Of a stretch of 32,000 nucleotides of DNA, positions 7,914 through 14,688 are shown one piece after another. The notes below the pieces were generated by a model. That model was not told where the DNA came from, ran no database searches, and saw only the letters and a list, made by a program, of their open reading frames with translations. The DNA is from Pseudodesulfovibrio piezophilus C1TLV30 (GTDB taxonomy: Bacteria; Desulfobacterota; Desulfovibrionia; Desulfovibrionales; Desulfovibrionaceae). Within the stretch, counting starts at the first letter, position 1, and each line of letters opens with the position of its first letter. The position numbers and the translations under genes were made by a program. Location of the stretch: contig NC_020409.1 of the NCBI RefSeq assembly GCF_000341895.1, forward strand, positions 1,170,001 through 1,202,000. Direction: 5' to 3'.

Positions 7914-9638
7914 ATGAAGAATAATTATAAAGATATATCCAACGAAAGCCAACCCCACCCAACCCAATACGCGGCAAACGACAAACCGCTTTTACCAACT
8001 TTACCAACTTCCAAAATCGCTACGAAAAAAGCTTCTCTTGAAGCGGCCCCGACCTCGTCCGACTCTGGTAATCCGGCTAAGACCAATGCTGACGCAGATA
8101 AATTCGTACAGACCATCTTTGACGACGGCCTTACGCACCCCAAGGACATCGTGAGGCTTGAAGAAATGAACCACGAGTTTTTTGTTGCCCGGCACAATGG
8201 TAAAGTGGGAGTCATACAGGAAACCACCAACGAGAACAGCCAGACCGAAATCGTCCCGCTGACCGACCGCGAGCTGATGCTGCTCAAATCTCATGAGACT
8301 GTCAGACAGGTGAAGGGCTACGACAAAAACCACATGCCTAAGTATAAAAATGTACGGATTGCGGAAGCATGGCTCAACTGGAAATACCGACGCACATATG
8401 ACTCTACGGTTTTCCGTCCCGGTGGCTTGAACGAGGAGGAAGCCAAGCGGTTCTACAACCTGTTTCGCGGCTTTGAGGTGACGCCTGTTAAAGGTAAGTT
8501 CCCGAAGATCGAACACCACCTCAAGGAAGTATGGTGCAAGGGAAACTGGCGGCACTACAGGTACCTCACCAACTGGTTCGCCCACCTGCTCCAGTTCCCC
8601 ATGGACAAGGCCAAAGTCGCACTCGTGATCAAGGGCGGCAAGGGCTCGGGTAAATCCACCATCTTTGAAGGTATCTTCGAGCGAATCCTGGGAGCCGCAT
8701 ACTGCAAGGTAGACAGGCCCGAACAGGTCACGGGAAAGTTTAACGCCCACCAGCGCGGCAAGCTCCTGCTGGTCCTTGAAGAGGCTGTCTGGGCCGGAGA
8801 CAAGGCAGCAGAAGGCGCACTCAAGAGCATGATCACCGATAGAAAGACCATGATCGAACCCAAGGGCGTTGACGCCTACCAGGAGGACTCCTACTTCCGT
8901 CTGGCTTTCGTCTCCAACGAGCGTCGAGCCGTCCCCGCTACTGCTGACGAGCGGCGATACTTCGCCCTGTCCGTATCCGGCGACAAGGCCATGAACATCG
9001 ACTACTTCCGTGACCTGTGGGAGGAAATCGAAAACGGCGGCGTGGAAGCCTTCATGTACCACCTGCTGAACTGGAACGTGGATAAAGTGGAACTGTTGAA
9101 CCCGCCTCTGACCGAAGCCCTGTTCGAGGATATCTACGAGTCTTTCAGCGCATTCGAAAAATGGGTGTACGAGTTGCTCCACGACGAAGATGCCATTGAC
9201 TGGGGAAAACCCGTTCGAACCAAGGACCTCTACGACAACTACAAAGGATGGTACGAGGAAGCTTGTGGGCTTGGCAGCTTCCTCAAGGGAGGACAGATCT
9301 CCGGCCAGGGTAAGATGCGGTCGGTGGCCGAAGCGTTCTTCTCCGCCTCTCACAGAAAAATCGGCGGGCAGTCTCACCTGGAGATGCCGACCATGAAGAA
9401 TGCTCGCAAGATTTTCGAATCCAAGGTCAAGGCCGTGGTCATGTGGCGTGACGAAATGGGCAATGAACGCATCCCCGGCAACCGTTTGGCTCCTTCTGCC
9501 AGTCAGGTCCACGACAAGGACGCAGTTGATTGGTTTTATGAAGAAGAAATGAAGCCTGCTCCTAGCCAGCACTTCAACATCAGCAGCAACGACTGGTTCT
9601 TCCAGAACGAGATTGCCTCCGTGCATACAGACGACTAG
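7914..9638 (+). CDS. Superfamily-3 (D5/P4-type) NTPase, DUF5906-like primase-helicase family protein
   Basis: Walker A is VIKGGKGSGKST and Walker B is LLLVLEEA, followed by the FVSNE / RRYF blocks typical of phage/plasmid P4-type helicase C-terminal domains. GGAGA lies 7 nt before the ATG. Confidence 0.85.
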   Translation: MKNNYKDISNESQPHPTQYAANDKPLLPTLPTSKIATKKASLEAAPTSSDSGNPAKTNADADKFVQTIFDDGLTHPKDIVRLEEMNHEFFVARHNGKVGVIQETTNENSQTEIVPLTDRELMLLKSHETVRQVKGYDKNHMPKYKNVRIAEAWLNWKYRRTYDSTVFRPGGLNEEEAKRFYNLFRGFEVTPVKGKFPKIEHHLKEVWCKGNWRHYRYLTNWFAHLLQFPMDKAKVALVIKGGKGSGKSTIFEGIFERILGAAYCKVDRPEQVTGKFNAHQRGKLLLVLEEAVWAGDKAAEGALKSMITDRKTMIEPKGVDAYQEDSYFRLAFVSNERRAVPATADERRYFALSVSGDKAMNIDYFRDLWEEIENGGVEAFMYHLLNWNVDKVELLNPPLTEALFEDIYESFSAFEKWVYELLHDEDAIDWGKPVRTKDLYDNYKGWYEEACGLGSFLKGGQISGQGKMRSVAEAFFSASHRKIGGQSHLEMPTMKNARKIFESKVKAVVMWRDEMGNERIPGNRLAPSASQVHDKDAVDWFYEEEMKPAPSQHFNISSNDWFFQNEIASVHTDD

Positions 9639-9647
9639 CAACAAAAA

Positions 9648-9675
9648 GGGCGTCCAGGTCTTCACCTGGACGCCC
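9648..9675. terminator. Bidirectional hairpin terminator between convergent genes
   Basis: 12-bp perfect stem GGGCGTCCAGGT / ACCTGGACGCCC with a CTTC loop. It is flanked by an A-run on the left. Confidence 0.7.
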
Positions 9676-9699
9676 TATCCACCTTCAAATACTAGCTAA

Positions 9700-10509
9700 T
9701 CAACCTTCCTGCACGTATCCATTCTTAATAATGGCCTTCATGATGACGAGCCAGTCAGCGGGCGTCACCATGCGCCAATCCTCCTGGGAGTATCGGTCGG
9801 TCTGGTACGTCTCGTTCATGTAGACGAACGACTTGGAGCCGTTGTCGCCGTTCTGCTTCGCCATGGCGGCGTGGAGCGGAGGGCAGTTGTAGAGGACGAG
9901 CAACGGCATCTGGATCGCCATGTCCTCGCTAGCGTTCACCGCCGTCACGATGACCTTGTAGTAGCCCTCAGTGCTGCCTTTTGGTTGCTCAAACTTCACG
10001 AACTTGAGGTCTACGTCCACGGAAAAGCCTCTGTCGTGATAGTAACGACAAGCATCAGCGAAGGTGCGCATTGGAACTTGGTAAACGGGGTCCCAGAAGA
10101 CGCTCGTGAGGGTTGTCTCTACGACTTCCGTCTCATCGGGCGTCAGCCCGTCCGGCAGCTTGATCCAATCGTACTCGGCCAGTTTAGAGGCTGCCGGAGG
10201 CTGCGCAGCCTCCGGCTCGACATCAGCCAGGGCAGCATTGTCGATGCAAAGTCCCCAATGGGGATCGTCCACAGCGTCGCCCTTGACGCTACCCGTCTTG
10301 TCCCAGTGGTCGTCGAGGTACGCCCTGAGCTCGTCGCTCAAGCCTGAGTCCGGGCCGCAGCCTACGATGTGCCACTTCCCGTCGATCTCGATCTGCTGAA
10401 AGTTGTCGCCGCCCTTGAACTCCGAAGTGATCGGGCCTGTGAACGTCTCCGCAGCAGCCACTCCGCTTATCATCAGCACCAAAGCCAACGCCATCACGAA
10501 TTTCCGCAT
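9700..10509 (-). CDS. Hypothetical exported protein (269 aa)
   Basis: AGGAGA lies 9 nt upstream of the ATG at 10509. The N-terminus MRKFVMALALVLMISGVAAA/ETF looks like a Sec signal peptide. I recognise no family. Confidence 0.75.
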   Translation of the reverse strand: MRKFVMALALVLMISGVAAAETFTGPITSEFKGGDNFQQIEIDGKWHIVGCGPDSGLSDELRAYLDDHWDKTGSVKGDAVDDPHWGLCIDNAALADVEPEAAQPPAASKLAEYDWIKLPDGLTPDETEVVETTLTSVFWDPVYQVPMRTFADACRYYHDRGFSVDVDLKFVKFEQPKGSTEGYYKVIVTAVNASEDMAIQMPLLVLYNCPPLHAAMAKQNGDNGSKSFVYMNETYQTDRYSQEDWRMVTPADWLVIMKAIIKNGYVQEG

Positions 10510-10563
10510 ATAAATCTGTCTCCTATGATACAGGCAGGCTCAATGCTCCCGCCTTCGTCGCAC

Positions 10564-10592
10564 GAAAAAGGCCGAGGGCGACGCCCTCGGCC
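10564..10592 (-). terminator. Rho-independent terminator after the TM2 gene
   Basis: Stem GGCCGAGGG / CCCTCGGCC (10570-10578 / 10584-10592). On the minus strand it is followed by TTTTTCGTG. Confidence 0.75.
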
Positions 10593-10619
10593 CATCGTCT
10601 TTAGCCAGCACATCGAGAG

Positions 10620-10925
10620 CTACCACTCACGGAGCGGTGCCCCCGCGTTGTCCTTGAAGCTTCCCGTCCATATCTTGATGGAGTCCAGGAACCAGCCGAT
10701 GCCGAACAGGCCGCACGTCAGCGCGTAGGTGATGCCCATGCCGATCCTGCCGACGTAGAACTGGTGAACGCCGAACATGCCGCCGACGGCGCACAGGATG
10801 AGAGCCGTCTTTCGGCTCTTGTCCGACGACATCGTCGTGTATCGGCTGCCGCCGCCTGCGTTCACGTTGACGTTGATGTTCTGCTGCCCCTGGCCTGCTG
10901 CCTGCTCCGTGGTGTCTTGCGTCAT
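10620..10925 (-). CDS. TM2 domain-containing membrane protein
   Basis: Contains [46 protein letters not shown], the TM2 signature (G.HxFY.G...G......G.GI.W..D). AAGGAG lies 8 nt before the ATG at 10925. Confidence 0.85.
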   Translation of the reverse strand: MTQDTTEQAAGQGQQNINVNVNAGGGSRYTTMSSDKSRKTALILCAVGGMFGVHQFYVGRIGMGITYALTCGLFGIGWFLDSIKIWTGSFKDNAGAPLREW

Positions 10926-10977
10926 GTCGAGTTCTCCTTGTCTTCTGTTCGAAAGTTGCAACTATCAAGACCAAACA

Positions 10978-11048
10978 CCGATATATCCACCCTATTTAGA
11001 AAAGTAAATATATATCAGGTCCACATTCGAGTAAGCCGGATATATCCA
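10978..11048. promoter_or_regulatory. Operator-like boxes in the divergent TM2 / XRE promoter region
   Basis: CCGATATATCCA at 10978-10989 and CCGGATATATCCA at 11036-11048; the core GATATATC is a perfect palindrome. A partial third copy AATATATATCAGG lies at 11007-11019. Confidence 0.5.
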
Positions 11049-11065
11049 TAGTTTGGAGGAAGATT

Positions 11066-11392
11066 ATGGACGATATCCTGCTCAAGCTCGGAAAACGCAT
11101 TCGGGAGTTTCGAAAAGAAAACGGCCTGTCACAGAGCCAGCTCGCGGAAAAGGCTGGCCTTAACGACAAGTACCTCGGCGAGGTCGAGAGGGGATCGAAC
11201 AACATCTCGATCAAGAACCTCGGCCAGATCGCGGCAGCCCTGGAGGTCGAGACCTTCGAGCTGCTCGACGGCTCCCACGAATATGAAGTCGACCGCAAGG
11301 AACTCGTCCAGAAGCTCCACAAAATCATCGAATCAGCGTCTGATGAGGAGCTCTGCGCCATCTATGGCTTCGCTTCTGACATCGTGAACTGA
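11066..11392 (+). CDS. XRE-family helix-turn-helix transcriptional regulator
   Basis: Contains LGKRIREFRKENGLSQSQLAEKAGLNDKYLGEVERGSNNISIKNLGQIAAAL, a canonical Cro/CI-type HTH. GGAGGA lies upstream of the ATG. Confidence 0.9.
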   Translation: MDDILLKLGKRIREFRKENGLSQSQLAEKAGLNDKYLGEVERGSNNISIKNLGQIAAALEVETFELLDGSHEYEVDRKELVQKLHKIIESASDEELCAIYGFASDIVN

Positions 11393-11490
11393 ACATCCTG
11401 TCTGTCTACATAAATAGAACTAGAGAGGTTTGCGGACCGCCCGCGAGCCCAGCTCTGGCTCTATAACTATATGTAATAAGGGAGGATGCA

Positions 11491-12075
11491 ATGTTAGAAA
11501 GCATCGACTTCAAGGCACTCTTCGCCGACCTCGGCCTCGACTCGACCACCAAGGGCGGCAACCTCGTCTGCCCGTTCTGCGGCAAGCACGCGTTCAGGGA
11601 GTACCGCGACAACGGCGTCGCTCGGTGCCACGCCTGCAATTGGGCTGGCAACGCCATCAACCTCGTCGACCAAGTGGAAGGCGTAGACGAGATCAAGATT
11701 CTCGCAACGCGCATGCACCTCTGCGACATCGAACACAGCAAGCAACGCTCCTGGAACGAGGCGTTCCGCAAGCTCGCCGACGACCTCGACTTCCTTGCCC
11801 AGGTCCGCGCCTACTTTGCCTTCTACAAGTCAGATCGAATGGGCGCGCCATACTACCAGCAGCAGTCGGGATACAGCCGATCCTACTTCGCGAAGGTCCT
11901 CAACGGGAACCTCGACAAGGTCTCGGCGAAGTCGTGGAAAGAGATCGTGGCGTTCTTGAGGAAGGCGATCAACGTCGGCCAGCTCAGGAAAGACATGATG
12001 ATGGGCTCGAAATATTGGAAGGAGACCATCAAGGACAAGGCTCTGCTGAGGGAGAGCGTGGACAAATTCAGGTAG
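11491..12075 (+). CDS. Zinc-finger protein resembling the primase CHC2-type Zn-binding domain; no catalytic domain seen
   Basis: Contains CPFCGK..(17 aa)..CHACNWAGNAINLV, which resembles the Zn-ribbon of DnaG/P4-type primases. GGGAGGA lies 4 nt before the ATG. The overlapping Arg-rich frame 11430..12092 is rejected. Confidence 0.7.
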   Translation: MLESIDFKALFADLGLDSTTKGGNLVCPFCGKHAFREYRDNGVARCHACNWAGNAINLVDQVEGVDEIKILATRMHLCDIEHSKQRSWNEAFRKLADDLDFLAQVRAYFAFYKSDRMGAPYYQQQSGYSRSYFAKVLNGNLDKVSAKSWKEIVAFLRKAINVGQLRKDMMMGSKYWKETIKDKALLRESVDKFR

Positions 12076-12440
12076 CCAGCTTTTTAGACTAAAAATCGAG
12101 AACGGGCGTTTGTGGGCATGACCTGCGAACGCCCTTCTTGCGTTATGGACGGCAAAGCCCATGAGTGGAGCACAGCTTGGGTCACACGTGATGAGCATGG
12201 GCTTGCTTGTTCGAACTCTCGTTCAGCAAAATTCCCAAATTGCAAATCAGAATTCATTAGACGACGCATTGTGCGCTTCGCGCATGACCACGCTCACCGG
12301 AAGAGGTGGGCAACGCCCACCCAACCGATGAGCGATGCTCATTGCTGCATTTCTTGGAAGAAATCCACCAGGCTGAATCGCTCCCGCCGCTTCACCTTCT
12401 GCTTGCTACTATTTATCGGAACACTGTGTCCGCAGGGGTG

Positions 12441-12490
12441 CTTTTCCGCACTTTTCCCGAAAAAAATTCATTTTTCCGATTTTTTTCTTC
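12441..12490. repeat. Five helically phased T/A tracts (10-bp period)
   Basis: The sequence reads CTTTTCCGCA CTTTTCCCGA AAAAAATTCA TTTTTCCGAT TTTTTTCTTC. The tracts recur every 10 bp, a pattern associated with intrinsic DNA curvature. Confidence 0.6.
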
Positions 12491-12519
12491 ATGAGCCACG
12501 TTCACGATAACACGCCGAC

Positions 12520-12651
12520 AATGTTAAGTTTTTGCCAAAAGTTAACATTCTCCAAAAAGCTACTGTGATTTTGAAGACTTATCGACCTCTCGAAATCGCC
12601 CGTCCTGAGAATGTTAAAAAAGCACGCAAAACCAAGCAGATACTTAACATT
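12520..12651. repeat. Four copies of AATGTTAA in alternating orientation forming nested inverted repeats
   Basis: Outer pair: AATGTTAAG 12520-12528 / CTTAACATT 12643-12651 (9 bp, perfect). Inner pair: TTAACATTCTC 12542-12552 / GAGAATGTTAA 12607-12617 (11 bp, perfect). Sites 1 and 2 also form a 28-bp palindrome at 12521-12548 (11/12 arm matches). Confidence 0.7.
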
Positions 12652-12656
12652 CAAAA

Positions 12657-13256
12657 ATGAGCCCTAGAAACGACAATCATCCACCCAAGGGAAGTTCCAT
12701 CACAGTGGAGCCCATCCGCTCCCTGAAAGCGATCTCGGCCATCAAAGCGATGCTCCACGACAAGCCGCGTGACCTTTTGCTCTTCGTCATGGCGACCAAC
12801 AACGGCATCCGATGCGGAGACCTCCTGCGGCTCAAGGTCGGCGACCTGCGCGGCAAGAGCGTCGACGACACCATCGCCGTGAAGGAGTCCAAGACGGGCA
12901 AGGCCAACGTCCTTGCGGTCAACGATTCAGTCCACTCAGCACTGACGCGGTTCCTCGCGTCAGGCTCGTTCTGCGACGACGCATACTTGTTCCGATCCCA
13001 GAAAGGAGACAACAAGCCGCTCACGATCCAGTCCGTCAACCGCATGGTGAAGGCGTGGTGCCGCGAGGCTGGCCTCGACGGCAACTACGGAGCCCACAGC
13101 CTGCGAAAGACGTTCGGCTACGTGCAGCGCGTTCACTTCGGCGTCGGCTTCGAGGTGCTGTGCAAGAGGTTCAACCACGCCTCGCCAGCCGTCACCATGC
13201 GCTACCTCGGCATCAGCGACACGGAAGTGGTCAGCATCCTGAAAAATTCGATCTAA
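12657..13256 (+). CDS. Short (199 aa) tyrosine recombinase consisting essentially of the catalytic domain
   Basis: The full catalytic set is visible: R (NNGIRCGDL), K (ESKTGK), HxxR (AHSLRKT), H (FNHAS), Y (TMRYLG). There is no N-terminal SAM-like DNA-binding domain and no obvious SD before the ATG. Confidence 0.85.
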   Translation: MSPRNDNHPPKGSSITVEPIRSLKAISAIKAMLHDKPRDLLLFVMATNNGIRCGDLLRLKVGDLRGKSVDDTIAVKESKTGKANVLAVNDSVHSALTRFLASGSFCDDAYLFRSQKGDNKPLTIQSVNRMVKAWCREAGLDGNYGAHSLRKTFGYVQRVHFGVGFEVLCKRFNHASPAVTMRYLGISDTEVVSILKNSI

Positions 13257-13361
13257 TTTCAGGAGGCGCGTTTACTTTTGGGGTCTCGATCTAGAGTTTA
13301 GATAATGGAGAGAGCGACTCTCCCCGTTTTTCATCAACCATTAAACCGGAGGTTATCAGCA

Positions 13362-13598
13362 ATGAGCAGACCGCTCCGTGTCGAAAGGCACTTCTTCAAC
13401 CAGCGCGAGGCAGCCGAGTACTGCGGCTACAGCACCGCGAAATTCAGGCAGTTTGCCAAGGAGTACGACATCCCCAAGTGCGGCCCGAACAGGGACAGGT
13501 ACCGCAAGGTGGACCTCGACAGCTTCATGGCCTGCCCCGGCGACTTCTTCAATCCCCTGCGCGTGCGCAAGGCCGGGTTCGTCCCGGTGGAGGTGTAG
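13362..13598 (+). CDS. Excisionase/AlpA-like helix-turn-helix DNA-binding protein
   Basis: Contains FFNQREAAEYCGYSTAKFRQFAKEYDIPKCGPNRDRYRKVDLDSFM, which fits the MerR-type excisionase-family HTH pattern. GGAGG lies 9 nt upstream of the ATG. The stop is 1 nt before the integrase ATG. Confidence 0.7.
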   Translation: MSRPLRVERHFFNQREAAEYCGYSTAKFRQFAKEYDIPKCGPNRDRYRKVDLDSFMACPGDFFNPLRVRKAGFVPVEV

Positions 13599-13599
13599 C

Positions 13600-14622
13600 A
13601 TGTCAGTCGGAGTCACCAAGGACGGACGCTGGTACGCCCAGTACCGCGTCGCCCACCGCAAGAGCCCGAAGAAGGAATACTTCGGCAAAGGGACCGAGGC
13701 CAAGAAGGCGGCCCACGAGCGTAACGCAGAGATCAACCTGATGAAGAAACGCGGCGAGGAGATCAGGGCGGGACACATCTACCTCGACGAGCTCGGCCAA
13801 ATATATCTCGACCACGAGAAGGCCCGTGGCCGCGAACGGAAGTTCCTCAAGGAGATGGCGAACAGGCTGAACAAGTCCTACCTGCCAGCCCTCAACCACG
13901 CGCCGATCCACAAGCTCAAGGCCGAGGACTTCAACGTGCTGGCACTTGAGTACGCCGACCTGTCGCCCAGTTCGTTTAACCGCTACATCACGTACCTCAA
14001 CATCATGTTCAACTTCGGCGTGGAGTTCGAGTACATCGAAAAGAACCCGATGGCGGCTTGGCGAAAGCGCGTGATGAAGCGAGAGAAGCCCCGTGACCTG
14101 AACATCGACGCGGAAGACATCAAAGCCATCCAGGATCACTCGCCGCTCCACGTTTACAAAGCGATCAAGCTGATCCTGAACACAGGCTGCCGCCCCGGCA
14201 AGAGTGAGCTGCTCAAGATCAAGTACAGCGACGTGGACTTCCACAACAAGCGCGTAAGGATTCGCGGCTCCAAGACGGCCAGGAGCGACCATTACGTCCC
14301 CCTGCGCGACGAGTTCCTTGAGGAAATCAAGGGCTGGCAGGCCACGGCGGAGTGCGACCACATCGTCGAGTACAGAGGCAAGCCCGTGAAGAGCTACACC
14401 AAGGCGTTCAGGACCGCCGTGAAGAAGTCCGACATCGGCAAGGAGGTGACCCCCTACAAGCTCCGTCACTTCTTCGCCTCCAGCCTGATCGCCAACAAGG
14501 CCGACATCAAGGCTGTCGCCTCCCTCATGGGCCACTCCGGCCCGGCGATGCTGTTCAAGGTGTACTACCACCTGATCGGCGACGGCGAGAAAGAAGCAAT
14601 CGAAAAGCTGTCTGACGTCTAA
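13600..14622 (+). CDS. Tyrosine-type site-specific integrase (phage integrase family, full length)
   Basis: ATG at 13600 follows GGTGGAGG. The N-terminus has an arm/SAM-like region (GRWYAQYRV..., FNRYITYLNIMFNFGVEFEYIEKNP). The catalytic R is in LNTGCRPGK, followed by YKLRH, GHS and YYH. The ORF-track N-terminal extension from 13378 is Ser/Thr/Ala junk that overlaps the xis-like gene. Confidence 0.9.
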   Translation: MSVGVTKDGRWYAQYRVAHRKSPKKEYFGKGTEAKKAAHERNAEINLMKKRGEEIRAGHIYLDELGQIYLDHEKARGRERKFLKEMANRLNKSYLPALNHAPIHKLKAEDFNVLALEYADLSPSSFNRYITYLNIMFNFGVEFEYIEKNPMAAWRKRVMKREKPRDLNIDAEDIKAIQDHSPLHVYKAIKLILNTGCRPGKSELLKIKYSDVDFHNKRVRIRGSKTARSDHYVPLRDEFLEEIKGWQATAECDHIVEYRGKPVKSYTKAFRTAVKKSDIGKEVTPYKLRHFFASSLIANKADIKAVASLMGHSGPAMLFKVYYHLIGDGEKEAIEKLSDV

Positions 14623-14688
14623 GCCCACCAACAGCTTGGGTGCTGTTTTGTTGCCCCGAGCTCCATCCTTCCAATCCAGGACACGACC

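Noticed and set aside
8001-9665. 554-aa minus-strand ORF opposite the SF3 NTPase gene
   Set aside because: It has no motifs and a Val/Leu/Gly/Arg-heavy shadow composition. The plus-strand frame carries Walker A/B and helicase blocks plus a ribosome-binding site.
11430-12092. 220-aa Arg/Pro/Gln-rich ORF overlapping the Zn-finger gene in another frame
   Set aside because: The composition is implausible for a protein (runs of R, P and Q) and there is no SD. The 11491 frame has a strong SD and a Zn-ribbon motif. The same reasoning rejects 12812..13294 and 15042..15536.
12112-12510. 132-aa ORF inside the structured non-coding region
   Set aside because: There is no ribosome-binding site and the translation is Cys/Arg/His-rich and odd. 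It runs through hairpins and the phased T-tracts, so I treat the region as non-coding.
12400-12660. Sigma-54 (-24/-12) promoter upstream of the short recombinase, and likewise in the 37-bp boxes (TTGC element)
   Set aside because: No GG dinucleotide lies at the required ~10-11 nt spacing upstream of the TTGC elements, so the consensus is not met.
13378-13599. N-terminal extension of the integrase ORF (start at 13378 in the ORF track)
   Set aside because: The extension translates to Ser/Thr/Ala/Pro low-complexity sequence and fully overlaps the xis-like gene in another frame. The ATG at 13600 has GGTGGAGG upstream, and the integrase-like sequence starts there.
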